A stretch of DNA of 64,000 bases from Mobula hypostoma (lineage: Eukaryota): assembly GCF_963921235.1 (NCBI RefSeq), contig NC_086108.1, forward strand, positions 108,750,001-108,814,000. The letters run 5' to 3'. The translations under genes and the position numbers were made by a program. Positions 37,891 to 51,316 of the stretch are shown here, one piece after another; within the stretch, counting starts at the first letter, position 1; each line of letters opens with the position of its first letter. The notes beneath the pieces are model-generated. The model ran no database searches and was not told the origin of the DNA. It saw nothing but the letters and a program-made list of their open reading frames with translations.

Positions 37891-38986
37891 AGGAGAACAT
37901 CATACTCAAAGTTCAAAGTACATTTATTATCAAAGTATGTATAGGTTAGTCTCCTTACAGGCAGCCACAAAAACAAACTCAATGGAACCATTAAAAAAAA
38001 AGGCCATCAGACATCCAATATGCAGAAAAACAGTGCAAACAACAAAACCAAGCAAGCCGCTGAAGTTCCCAAAAGTGAGTTCATAGCTGTGAAGTCAGTC
38101 ATCACTTCAGCCGATCCGATGTCCCCATCCCGTTGGGTGCAGGCCACAGCCTCGGTTCAGCAGAGAGACGAGTAAGCCTCGTGGAACGCTGAGCTGAACT
38201 GGCCTGGACCCGACACCCAGACCTTTTCAATCTGGCCCGACACGTATATCATCCAAACCTTGGGTCATTCCCTGCTCTCAGACGGCGGCCCTGCCACTTC
38301 GATACGCTCTTCGACCTTGGCCCCGCCACCCCGATGTGGCCCGTATCCAAGTAATCACACTAATGGTACTTAGGTGGTGACTAAGATTCAAAGTTCAAAG
38401 TAAAATTTATTATCGGTGTATATACACGTCACCACATACAACACTGAGAATCTTTTTCTGCAGGCACACTTAGCAAATCTATAGAACAATAACTGTCTGT
38501 AAACTGTAAACAAATTGCGCAAATGCAGATTATGGTGGTTGGTTCAAGAACTGAATGTCTGAAGAGAATTAACTGCTCCTGACCCTGATGGTGTGGGACT
38601 TTCGGCTCTGTACCTCCTCCCTGATGGTAGCTGGAAGAAGGTGACACGGCCCAGATGGTGAGGATCTTCGATGATGGATTTTGCCTTCTTGATGCAGCAC
38701 CTCCTGTAGATACTACCAATGGTGGGGAGAGATGTGCCGTGATACATTGGACTGAATCCACTACTCTCGATAGCTTCTTAATTTCCTGTGCATTCGAATT
38801 CCCATACACCCCTTCCTGTAAATCATTTCTTTCAACATCAGAGTGACCTGTGCCAGAACAAATGTTTCCTTTGAGTGAGTGCTCTCATTAGCCAGGTGCT
38901 CAGCATCTGACATGGAACACTATCTATTTCTGTATCAGAAACTGACTGCATGTCAGAGCGCTGAACAAGAATTATGTTTGCCTAAT

Positions 38987-39270
38987 GGGCCACAGTTAGC
39001 ACAGCGGTTAGAATGGCGCTTTTGCAGCACGTGATGTTCTGGAGTTTGGAGTTCATTTCCGGCGCTGTTCTGTGCAACCTCCCCATGGAATGCAGGGGTT
39101 TTCTCAGATGCTGCCGTTTCCTCCCACCGTCCAGAGATGTACCGGATAGGTTTACTGGCCATTGTAAATTGTCCTGTGATTAGGTTAGGGTTACTCATGG
39201 TTTGCTGTTGCAGCATGCCTCATAGGGCCAGAAGGTCCTACTCCGTGCTGTGTCACTAAATAAATAAATA
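38987..39270 (+). mobile_element. V-SINE (HE1-like)
   Basis: tRNA-like head, V-domain-like core and (TAAA)n tail. Confidence 0.65.
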
Positions 39271-40883
39271 ACACAAGAAGTTTATGCTTAAAGATTGTTC
39301 TATTTTATGAGATACTTAGACCAAAAATGCATAACTGCAAACAGACATTTCTGCTGAATTTAGTGCATGAAATTAGATTTACAGTCATGTGTTACAGAAA
39401 AGAGCATCTGTAATGATTAATCTCCTCTTTAATTCTGAGAGACATCTTACGGCTTTTCAATTAGATTTATGTAGTTGGAGGAAATAGGGAAAGATTAATG
39501 CAACGTTGGTCAACAATACTCAAATTTCATAAGAAAGAAACCATTAACTACTCAAAACAAACACTGGAAACGTGAGAAATCAGCAGAGATTGTCATTCAG
39601 TAAGCAACCTCTCTGAAGTGATGACACATTTATTAATATAATTTAGCGACAACTATTTTCTCTTGCTCTCTCGCTCAATGGTATTATGATACTTCTGTTG
39701 TAACTTGAGAGGCCTTTATACTCTGTGGTTGTGAAGCATGGACTGTGACTCCACTTCAAGGCAATTTTACATCCAATTGCACTCCACTTATCAATGAGAG
39801 AGAGCTTTTTATAAACTTAAACGCATTACTGTTTGTAATAAGAGTTTAGAGTGGGATTAGGAATGATTCCCCTTTTCCTTTTCAAAATAACCTTTGCTAT
39901 TTCTATGGGAAATATTGTGCCCTGGGGTGAGTCCGCACTGGTGAAGCTGTCGTCCTTCATGAAGCACATACAGAACGCTGGAGGAACTCAGGTCAGACAG
40001 CATCTATGGAAATATATAAACAGCCAGCGCTTTGGGCTGAGACCCTTCTTTGGGACTCTACATATGTTACTCTGGATTTGAGTATCTGTGAAACTCTTGA
40101 GTCTTTCATGAAAACTAGGATGGCATGGTGGCATAACAGTTAGAAAATTCGCTATACAGCACCGGAGTTTGATTCTGGCCACTGTCTGTAAGGTGTTTGT
40201 ACACTTAATTATTTATTTATTGAGCTGCTGCGCGGAACAGTCCCTCCGGGTCTTCCAGCCACATCGCCCATCAATCCTCCAATTTAATCCTAGCCTGTCG
40301 CGGGACAATTTACAATGACTAATTACTCTACCAACCGATACACTTTTGGAATGCGGGAGGGAACCGGAAACCCGCACGGTCACAGGGAGGACGTACAGAC
40401 TCCTTACAGGCAGCGGTGGGAATTGAACCCGGGTCAGTGGTACTGTGAAGCGTTGTGCTAACCACTACACTACCGCGTGCATTCTCCCTATGACCACATG
40501 AGCTTCCTCCAGGCTGCCTGGCGTCCTGCCACGTTCCATAGAGATAGACAAGCAATCTGGGACAGACTCACAGAGTTATAGAAGAAACAGGACCTTCAGC
40601 ATACTGCAACAATGCTAACACATTCGCCCGAATGCTAGGTCTATACTGGTGGCCTATGTCTAGTGGTGTTGGTATTGGGGCCTTTTGTTGTTTTCAGACC
40701 ATAAACCCAGAAGACTCAGGAGGAGAATTAGGCCATTCAGCACATCGAGTCTGCTCTGCCATTCGGCCATGGCTGATTTATTTTCCTTCCTTCTTCCCAT
40801 AACCTTGGGCGCCCATATTAACTAAAGCTATCAATCTCTGCTTTAAATGTAGTAAATAACTTGGCCTCCACAACTATCTGTAC

Positions 40884-41412
40884 ATCACTGTTGTAATGCT
40901 TGGTTATTTGAGTTATTGTCACTTTCCTGTCAGCTTAAACCAGTCTGGCCATTCTCGTCTGACCTCCCTCATTAACAAGATTTCTCGTCCATAGAACTAA
41001 TGCTCACAGAACTGATGTTTTTTTTTTGTTTTCACACTATTCTCTGTGAACTCTAGAGCAGGGGGTTCCCAAGCTGGGGTCTATGGACCTCTTGGTTAAT
41101 GGTAAGGCTCCATGGCATAAAAGAGGTTGGGAACCCCTGCTCTAGAAACTGTTGTGTGTGAAAATCCCAGGAGATCAGCAATTTCTGGGATACTCAAACC
41201 ACCCCATCTGGCACCAAAAATCATTCCTCGGTCAAGGTCACTTAGATCACATTTCTTCCCCATTCTGATATTTGGTCTGAACAACAACTTAATCTCTTGA
41301 CCATGTCTGCATGCTTTATGCATTGAGGTGCTGCCACATGATTGGCTGATTAGATACTTGCATTAACAAATAGGTGTAGAAGTGTACCTAATAAAGTGGC
41401 CACTGAGTGCAT
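40884..41412 (-). mobile_element. Tc1/mariner deletion derivative (transposase N-terminal HTH remnant)
   Basis: Minus strand encodes MGKKCDLSDLDRGMIFGARWGGLSIPEIADLLGFSHTTVSR; terminus (minus) ta..cactcagtggccactttattaggtacac at 41382-41412. Confidence 0.8.
41059..41139. mobile_element. 81-bp hAT (Charlie-like) MITE nested in Tc1
   Basis: TIRs cagggggttcccaa / ttgggaacccctg; 8-bp TSD ctctagag/ctctagaa. Confidence 0.85.
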
Positions 41413-41817
41413 AACTTACTCTTTTTAAGCTCAGACCTAATTACTTTCTGAATGAAATTACAGGCCATGGATCAACAAGAGCCGAGAATTATTTTACATT
41501 TTAATCATCCTCTGTATAAAGTAATTCCTTTCTAACCCTTTAATTATTTTAGTGGCTGCTTTAAGCTTAAACCCTCTTATTACCAATCTAAATATCATAG
41601 AGAACTCAGACACTGCTGTGGTGTCCTCAGAAACTAGTGGATAAAGGCAAACAGAATTTTAAAAAAACTATTTTATTTTCACGTTTAACCATGCAGCTTT
41701 GTGGTAGCCCTTCAAAGAAAATTCATGACTACAGACAGTAGTGTGCTCAGTCTCAATGGAAGGAAAAGTGTGGGTTAGGAACAATCATGGACTCCTGCTT
41801 CCTGCTACCTTAGGAAA

Positions 41818-42222
41818 CTTACTTATTGTCTGTTACGCCGCTGGCATTTAGGGCAGCAATGACGGTCCTCCATCCCTGACAGTGATCATATATTCCTTTG
41901 TGATGTCAATAGCTTCCTCTTGGTTTTCATTAATGTCAGTCATACAAATAATGGGTGGAGACTCAGGAATATCATCGCACTCAGATGTAAAAGTAACAGT
42001 TTGGTTTTATCAGTCAGGGTTGTTAGCCCTGAGGTGAACCTCTGAACTTAGAGGGCCAGTAATCCACTCTTAGTCTGACCTCTACCCTTTGACCTGTATG
42101 GCATGGGTGACCTACCAAGAGCCAAAGCACAAAGCCCTGACTCCGGCCAGCATGGCTCTCCGGGTCATTGAGGCATGCAAGTCTCCAAACCATACCGCTA
42201 GGTTGTGGTCCTCTTGAAGGAC
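41818..42222 (-). mobile_element. RTE-derived non-autonomous element (5'UTR joined to 3' tail), decayed HDV-like 5' fold
   Basis: The minus 5' end resembles 58581-58725 (..ggtaggtcacccatg..ggtcagactaagagtgg); tail ..cggcgtaacagacaataagtaag. Confidence 0.65.
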
Positions 42223-42893
42223 TGCTTGATGGTAGCAATAGTTTTTGTTCTCACATAGCCAAGTATCAGCAAGAGGTGCAGACGAGCAGGCTTCTGATAA
42301 AGGTTTGCATTCCAGTCAATTTTACGATATTTTTGTTTCTTTTTTTTTGTGTCATATCAAAATATATTCACAACAGTATTCAGTTTGTTTAAATGCTAAT
42401 ATGCAAGCCTCTAAACCACAGCAAGGTTGCGGTCATTTTGTATGTGCTTCAGGAAAGCAGCCGGTATAATCAAGGACCATTCCCACCCCAGATATTCTAT
42501 CGTCTTCCCCCCTTCCATTGGGCAGGAGATACAAGACCATGTACCACCAAACTCAAAGGCAGCTTCTGTTTTCAGACTTTTGAATGGATTTTCCCTGTTA
42601 TAAAGATGAACTCTTGGTCTCCCAGTCTTCCTTGTCATGGCATTTGGACATTATTTATCTGCCTGCACTTCACTTCAAGATTCAAGATTTAAATTTATTT
42701 TGCATATGTACATGTCATGGTATGCTTTCGGATGAGTGGGCCCAGATGTGGAGGAATGGCAGGCTTTCTCCATCGCGGAGGATGGAGGTTGCTGGAACCA
42801 ATTCAACCCAGGAGCTGCCGATGGCAGGCTCACAACTCAACCCAAGAATGGAGGAATGGCAGGATGCCCCGGCAGAGATTAAATCAAAGGGTT

Positions 42894-43830
42894 CATCATC
42901 ATCATCATCATCAGGTGCCATGCCCAATTTGAGATTTGACTGCTATGGCCCACACACTCCTGTTTTGGGTCAAGTGAATCAATTCATTGGTATTCACTTC
43001 CAGTTCTCTGGCTGCTGTCTCCATCATCATTTGTCTTTGCCTTCCACTTGCTTTCTTCCCTTCAATCTTTCCCATAATTACCGTGCATTCTAACTCCTCT
43101 TTCCTAATCATATGTCCAATGAAGTTACATTACCTTTTCATGATCTCATAAATTATTTCTCCTTTTGTGCTTGCTCTGTTCATGACATCCTTGTCAGATA
43201 TTCATTTAATTCATGATATTCTTTGTATCTTCCTCAAAAATCACGTCTCTGCTGCTTCAATTTGTTTCCTCATGTTACTAGGTATTGTCCAACATTCTGA
43301 TCCATGTAACATAACTGAATAAATGTAACATTTCAGTACTCTAAAGCTGGTTATCATGCCTAGTTTAGTGTTGGTCAGTATACTCTTCATTCTTGTAAAG
43401 GTGTCTTTCGTCATCCCTATTCTTCTTTTGATGTCTTCCATGGGAAGACATCTGATGTCACCCAGCTTCCTAAGTAGCAAAAGTTCTGTACTTGTTTTAT
43501 GTCTTCCCCGTTTATTTTCAGCATGCAGATAGGATTCTCCTTCTTTTTGGATATCACCATACATTCTGTCTTTTTGTAATTGACAGATAGACCCATTTTT
43601 GCACTTTCTTCAACAACTATATCAATTAAGTTTTGTAGTTCTTCCTCCGTACTTACAATTAACACAGTGTCTTCTGCATATCTGAAATTATTGATGTTTT
43701 CACTGCCAACTTTGATTCCCAAGGTGTCTCTGATTTTTTGTAATATTGTTTCACTGTACACATTAAACAAATCAGGGGAGAAAACACACCCTTGTCTAAT
43801 GCTTCTGTTGATTTTCACAAACTGACTCAC
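42894..43830 (-). mobile_element. RTE-clade LINE, 5'-truncated
   Basis: Minus ORFs IRQGCVFSPDLFNVYSE..INNFRYAEDTVLI..FCYLGS, IKRRIGMTKDTF and IMGKIEGKKASGRQR; (GAT)n tail; perfect 14-bp TSD taaatcaaagggtt at 42880-93 and 43831-44. Confidence 0.92.
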
Positions 43831-46552
43831 TAAATCAAAGGGTTAGACATGGGAATACCAACAGAGCCTCTGAGGAGTGACTGAGTGACGCTGTGAGACA
43901 ATTCATTCTCTCCAACACAATTCCTCTGCTAAGGCAAAGAATGAGAGTCCTCTTTAGATAATCATAGAATGTGAGGGACCTATGACAGTCACAATTAACT
44001 TGACAAGATTAAACCAAAAGCACAAGGGCTTAATGGCTCTGATTAAGATAATGATTTGTAAATACAGGTGCTTAAGAACCCTCGAAGGTGATTGCTCTAT
44101 GGCAAGCCGTAAAGACTGCAGAGCTCATGACAGTTACATTGACTGCAGAGCTCATGACAATTACATTGAAGCAATGAAATCCTTCATAAACAACCAAAGC
44201 ACCCAAGCGTGTACTGGGGGCAGTCCGCAAGTGTTGCTACACATTCCAGTGCCAACATAACGTGCTAACATTGCTCAGCAGAACAACACAGAACACTGCA
44301 AGCAATGAAGCAACAACAGCAAAGCAAGCCTCGTTCCTTCCTCCCACCCAGGAATAGTTAGTTGGTCTGTAACTGTAACATGATATTGCACATTTTGTTC
44401 TTTTCCTTTGTACTATCCTGATGTACTCATGAACAGAATGATTTGTCTGGATGGCACATAGACAAAAGCTTCTCACTGTATCTCAGGACATGTGATGTAT
44501 TGATCATGGGGACATGGACAGGGTGAAAGCACGAGGTCTTTTTTCCCAGGTATGGGGTGCTAAAAACAAGAGGGAATCATGACTGAGAAAAGGGGAAGGG
44601 AGATGGGAGGGAGAGGGAAGCACTAGAGAGACATTTTGTAACGATCAATAAACTAATTGTCAATTTACGAACCCATTTATTCTTGTTGCTGATTGGCGGG
44701 CTGGGGGTTTGGGGTTTGATGGTCTTGCTGTTTCTCCATGTGGATGACTTGTTAGTTTTTGTGTGAGGGAGGGCTTGGGGTTTACGAGTTTTTGTTTCTT
44801 TTTCTTTTTGTGTGGGGGTGATTGATGTATTTTGTTCAACCGCTTCTGTGGTTTTCTGTATTTTATGGCTATCTGGAGAAGACCAGTCTCCAAGTTGTAT
44901 TCAGGATCAGAATCAGGTTTATTATCACCAGCATATGATGTGAAATTTGTTAACTTAGCAGCAGTAGTTCAATGCAATACATAATCTAGCAGAGAGAGAA
45001 AAAAATAATAATAAATAAACAAGTAAATCAATTATGCATATTGAATAGATTTTTAAAAAACGTGCAAAAACAAAAATACTGTATATTTTAAAAAATGAGG
45101 TAGTGTCCAAAGATTCAACGTCTATTTAGGCATCGGATGGCAAAGGGGAAGAAGCTGTTCCTGAATCGCTGAGTGTGTGCCTTCAGGCTTCTGTACCTCC
45201 TGCCTAAGGGTAACAGTGGGAGAACGGCATGCCCTGGGTGCTGGAGGTCCTTCTGCATACATACTTCTATAATAAAGTGAACCTTTGAACAATAAACTAG
45301 TAAGCCAGGTTGTCAAATGACCTAGGCTGGTGTCTGAAGGCTGGGTGTGTCTGCACCCACATCACCCCCACCCCCCCCCCCCGTTTCTGGCACTCCTCCT
45401 CTGCCACCCACCACACACACGTCTCCTGCAGTGCCAAATTCCGCAGATGCCGGAAATCTGGAGTAACTCAGCAGGTCAGGCAGGACCTATGGAAATGGAG
45501 AAGCTGTTGATGTTTTGGCCAAAACCCTTCACCAGGACTGGAAAGGAAGGGGAAAAAGCCAGAATGAGATGTGTTTAAGGTCAGAGGTGAAAGGTTTAAA
45601 AGGGACATGGGTGGTAGTATTTGGAATGAGCGGCCAGAAATAGTGATTGAAGCAGGCATAAAGTACAAAGTTTAAAGTTCGAAGTAAATTTATTATCAAA
45701 GAAAATACATGTCAACAGATACTAGCCCAGATTCACTTTCTTGAGGGTGAGCTTAGTAAGTCCAAGAACCATAATAGAATCAATGAAATACCACATCCAA
45801 CAAGAGGATAAGCAACCAATGTGAAAAAGACAATAAATTGTGCAAATACAAAAAATAGATGATAATAATAATAATAGTAATAAATAAGCAATATTAATTG
45901 AGAACATGAAGTGGAGAGTCCTTGAAAGTGAGTCCTTAAGTTATGGGAACAGTTCAGTGTTCAGCTGAGTGAAGTTATAGAACATAGAACATAGAATAGT
46001 ACAGCACAGTACAGGCCCTTCGGCCCACAATGTTGTGCTGACCCTTAAACGCTGCCTCCCATATAACCCCCCCACCTTAAATTCCTCCATATACCTGTCT
46101 AGTAATCTCTTAAATTTCACTATCCCCTCATGTTCAAGAACCTGATGATTGAAGGGTAACAACTGCCTCTGAATCTGGCGGTGCAGATCCTGAGGCTCCT
46201 GCACCTCCTTCCTGATGGCAGCAGTGAGTAGAGACCATAATCATTTGCCAATTCTCTGCCCATATCTTCAACTCATCGATATCGCACTATATTCTTTGCC
46301 AGTCTTCTGCACTCTCCAGAACTCCACCAATCTTGGTTTCATCTGTAAACTTACTAACCCACCTATCTATGTTTTCATCCAGGTCATTTATATACATCAC
46401 AAGCAGCAAAGGTCCCAGCACAGACCAGGGCCTCAATATCTCTTGAAAACCAAAGTACCCTCCACCAATTATCTTTACCTTTTATTCTGACAGGCACATA
46501 CAAGCTTCGTACTCTCAAAATTTCCCATCTGAAGGCCTCCCACCTACATTCA

Positions 46553-46812
46553 GCCAGAGACTCATTCCACCAAGATGCAACACAGAGTGTCATAGGAAGT
46601 CATTCTTGCCTGTGGCCATCAAACTTTACAACTCCTCCCTTGGAGGGTCAGGCACCCTGAGCCAATGGGCTGGTCATAGACTTATTTCCTGGCATAATTT
46701 ACATATTTACATATTACTATTTAACTATTTATGGTTTTATTACTATTTAATTATTTATGGTGCAACTGTAATGAAAACCAATTTCCCTCGGGATCAATAA
46801 AGTATGACTATG
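46553..46812 (+). mobile_element. Short copy of the young (TATGAC)n Rex1 family, inside an old CR1
   Basis: Near-identical to 9633-9890. Confidence 0.85.
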
Positions 46813-47084
46813 TACACCTTTGCCAGAAAACAGCCTGTCCCAATTCATAATTGTCAGCTCATTTATGATACCATCAAAATTGGGCTTCCTCCAATTTAGA
46901 ATCTCAACCCGTGGACCAGACCAATCTTTTTGCATATTTACTTTGAAACTAATTGCATTGTGATCACTAAATGCACGAACTTACACAAAGTTCTGTCACC
47001 TGCCCTGTCTGATTTCCTAATAGCAGATCCAGTATTGCAAGCTCTCATTGGGGCTTCTGCGTACCGATGAAGGGCAAGATCATT

Positions 47085-47802
47085 AACACAGCAGAGAGAT
47101 TTTGGGATCTAAGTTCATAGCTGTTTGAAAGTGGCTACACAGGTTCATAAGTTGGTTAAGAAGGCTTATGAAATGCTTGCTTTTATTAGTTGAGGCATTC
47201 AGTTCAAAAATCTAGAAGTTATGTTGTGACTTTATAAAACTCTGGTTTGGCCGCTTCTGGAGTATTGTGTACAGTTCTGGTCCCCACCCTGTTGAAAAGG
47301 TGTTGAGGTTGAGAGGATGCAGGAGAGGTTTACCAGGATGCCGCCTGGTTTAGAGGGCATGTGCTATCATGGGAGGCTGGATAACTTGGGTTGTTGTTTT
47401 CTGGAGTGCTGGAGGCTGAGGAGAGGTCTGATAGAGGTTTACAAGATTATGAGAGGCATAGATAGCGTGGACAGAGAATATTGATTTTCCAGCATTGAAA
47501 TATCTAATATCAGAGGCATGCATTGAACGTGAGGGGGGTTTGGTTAAAGAGGATATGAAGGTTAAGTTTTTTTCCTCAGAGTCATAGATGCCTGGAATGC
47601 ACTGCCTGGTATGGTGGTGGAGCAAATATGTTAGAGGCTTTGAAGAGACATTTAGTTAGCCACATGGCTGTGAGGAAGATGGAGGGATATGGACATGGTG
47701 TAGGTAGGAGGGATTAGTGTTTGGGTGATTTGGATTTGCTTTTTAGCTGGTTTGGCACTACATTGCGGCCTCTTTCTGTGCTGTACTGTTCTATGTTCTA
47801 TG
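47085..47802 (+). mobile_element. CR1 3' end (decayed)
   Basis: QRDFGI..VKKAYEMLAFI..LYKTLVWPLLEYCVQFWSP and a (TTCTATG)n tail. Confidence 0.8.
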
Positions 47803-47984
47803 TCGCTTTCCTACGACAGCACGCTGTAAATGTGTTCAATGGTAAAGAGGGCTTTACTCGTGATAGATTGAACTGTATCCATTACATGTTCAAGTTCAAG
47901 ATTATTGTCATTCAACCGTATTCCACCAAATGAAACAACGTTCCTCTGGACCAAGGTGCACAACACAGTACTTAAAAGTACATA

Positions 47985-48415
47985 TGAACTTCCGGTAATT
48001 TCAGCCTCTTTCCCACCATTCCCTTTCCCATTTCCCTCTTTCACCTTATCTCCTTACCCGCCCATCACCTCCCTCTGGTGCTCCTCCCCCTTCCCTTTCT
48101 TCCATGGTCCTCTACCCTTTCCTATCAGATTCCCCTTTCTCCAGCCTTTTATCCCTTTCACCTATCAGCATCCCAGCTCTTTATTTCACCACTCCTTCTC
48201 TCCCAGTTTCATCCATCACCTACTAGCTTATACTTCTTCCTCTCCTCCTCCCACCTTCTTGCTCTGACTTCTCTTCTTTCTCGTCCAGTCTTGATGAAGG
48301 GTCTGGGCCCGAATAGTTGGCTGTTTATTCTTTTCCCCGGATGCAGCCTGGCCTGCTGAGTTCCTCTGGCACTTTCTATGAGTTGCTCAGATTTCCAGCA
48401 ACTGCAGATTTTCTC
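47985..48415 (+). mobile_element. PLE 3' UTR and terminal repeat
   Basis: Homologous to 660-1045; decayed hammerhead motif (UUGAUGA..GAAU) at 48286-48320. Confidence 0.7.
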
Positions 48416-51155
48416 GTCACAGTACAAATAACTCACACACAACAGATAGAGAGCAATATTACCGCAAATGAATTAACAAATAATGCAATATAATTCAGAC
48501 GATTTTATAAGCAACATTTAAAAGCCATCCAGATAATTACATAGCTAGGAGAGGTTTGAAAGGCTCTGGGGTAAGTGCGGGCAGATGGAAGTAGCTTACT
48601 GGGGAACATATAGATGAGTTGAGCTGTGCTCCATATCTGTGGGGCAGAGCTGATAACAGACTATTGTGATTAAAAGTTTCTACTGAGTCATGTTAGTAAC
48701 AGTACATGCTGGGCAACTTACAGTGGGGGAGTGATGAACCAGGCCTGTTGACAGGAAAGCATGCACACTCAAAAGCCCACACCGAAAACAGAGCCCTCCA
48801 TGCATAGGAGGCCCAATCAGTTCACCAGACAATCGATCAGCCATATGTGCACTTGCTACAATCTCACAATGGGTCCGATATGATATAGACTGAAATGACT
48901 CTATGCCAATAATTAGCCAATTATCATTTACCAGGGTGTACAGGGTGTCCAGGGAGGGATAGCACCTCTGGTGAAAGAGCTTGTGTCCATTCTGGGGCAG
49001 TTCACTCACTTTTTGTCCCCAACAGATACTCAGCTCTCATTTGCAGCTCAAAGAAGCCATTTGCATGTGATAATGGCCACACCCCACTTCACTACATATA
49101 ATGACAATGGTGAACAGGAAGCAAATGTCTATTCCACTTTAAGAACTCTCCCACACAAGTTTCTTGTCATTGTCGGATGTGGTGAACAACCATCATCAAT
49201 TACCAGAACAGTTATTGACTTTGAAGGCACACTGTGTTCCGCAGCCCAGTTTGGCACTCTGTGTGCATATGGAACTGAATGTCCACTCCCAGCTAAAGAT
49301 TCCCACTCCCGGATGGAGCATTGAGGACCAGAGTGGAGCAGGAAAGAGCTTGAAGTTTGCAGGGCTGAACAGGGGACGTGGCCCCGTGCGTAGTGGTTTT
49401 AAAATCAAGTTCAAATTGAATTGTCATTCAACTTTACAAAGGTATGCAGGTAAACAAATCAGTGATTCTTCAGGGCCATGGTGCAAAACATGGTACATAC
49501 AGTCACAGGCAACACACACAGTTACGATAGTACATAATCACAAAAAATAATATTAGCACAGGAACCAGAGTGGCATGGCTTGAAGATTGATTGTGCATGG
49601 GAAGAATTTAGAAGCAATTTTAATTGTGGATGGTGATATTAGTTCAAGTACAATCCGTGATTATATTCTAATGTATGTATGTTTTTCTGATTTTCTAAGG
49701 TCTGAAACTTTGGGATCATTCAGGAGTTCCGAGATAGCTATGTCAAGTTTTGGCTGAAAAGAAAGCTCTGGATCTAGTCTATCTGTCAGTCGAACTGGTT
49801 CTAACTTGTTGCATCACCATTTGATAAGGGAGGGACTACTGAACAGGATCGGGAAAAGCTGCAGGGAGTTGTAAACTTAGCCAGTTCCACCACGGGCACT
49901 ACCCTCCCCTGCATCGAGGACAACTTCAAAGGGTGATGCCTCAAAAATGTGATATTCATCATTGGGGTCCCCCATCACCCAGGACATGCCCTCTTCTCAT
50001 CACTACCATCAAGGAGGAGGTACAGGAGCCTGAAGGCACACACTCAATGTTTCAGGAACAGCTTCCTCCCCTCTGCCTTTAGATTTCTGAATGGACAATG
50101 AACCAACCCAGAAATACCACCTCACTATTGCTCTACTTACTTAATTTAGTTATTTTATACAATATGTTTTTTGTAAATTTATACTTTATGTATTTTATGA
50201 GTCCAGACACCCTGAGCCAGTAGGCTGGTCCTGGACTTATTTTCCATCTGGCATAGTTTGCATTTTGTTGTTTGATTGTTTGTGGTTTTTGTATTGCTAT
50301 ATTTATGCTCTATTCTTTGTTGGTGTGGCTGTAATGAAACCCAATTTCCCTCAGGATCAATAAAGTATATCTATCTGTCTATCTATCTATTATTTAAATT
50401 TTTATTTAATTTTATATTTTTATTGTAAGCTATAGTTTTTTTATTCTGATTATTTATTGCAATGATGGATGCTGCCTTTATGAGGTGGTATCTTCTGTAG
50501 ATATTACCAATGGTGCGGAATACATTGCTCTCTTAAGTTTCTTCCCATTTGAATTGCCATATACCCCACGTAGTGATTAGACTTTTGCTGGTTCGTCCAT
50601 GAAATGAATGGTTGAAGGGAAGAAGGTGTCCTTGAACCTGCTGTTGTGGGACTTCTGTACCCCTTGCCCGATGGCAGCTGTGAGAAGATGGCATTGCGCA
50701 GATGGTAAGCAGTGCGTCATGTACGTACTTTTGATAGTGAGGAGGGATGTGCCCGTGATGTATGGGGCAAAGTCCACTGTTCTCTGCCTCTTCTTATGTT
50801 TCTGCACGGTTGAATTGCTATTCCAGACTTTGAAAGAACCAGAAATCTATTTTAAATAGGAATTAAAACAATGAACTCATTAAAAAACAATTAGAAACAC
50901 TTTAACAGCCACAGATCGTTGAGAACATTAAAGGAAAGTAAAATGAGTAAAAATTAAATAGCTATTACACTTACTTATTTCACATCAATTCTACAGAGCA
51001 GTAATGAATGGAGATACCATTCCTCAGTGGTCTGGATGGCGTAGGAGAGGCAGGTTCCTTGGGGTAATATTGGGCAACTTCACTGTGTTAGTTCTCCAAA
51101 CACAAGAGATTTTGCAGATGCTGGAAATCCAGAGCAACCCAGACAAGATACTGAA

Positions 51156-51316
51156 AGAAACACAAAATACTTTGCAGATGCTGGGGTCAAAGCAATAGGC
51201 ACAACACGCTGGAGGAACTCAGCAGGTCGGGCAACATCCGTGGAAACGATCAGTCAACGTTTCGAGATGTTGACTGTTCGTTTCCACGGATGCTGCCCGG
51301 CCTGCTGAGTTCCTCT
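51156..51316. repeat. Fold-back PLE terminal-repeat insertion nested in another terminal repeat
   Basis: 110-nt hairpin at 51209-51318; 10-bp TSD agatactgaa at 51146-55 and 51317-26. Confidence 0.8.
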
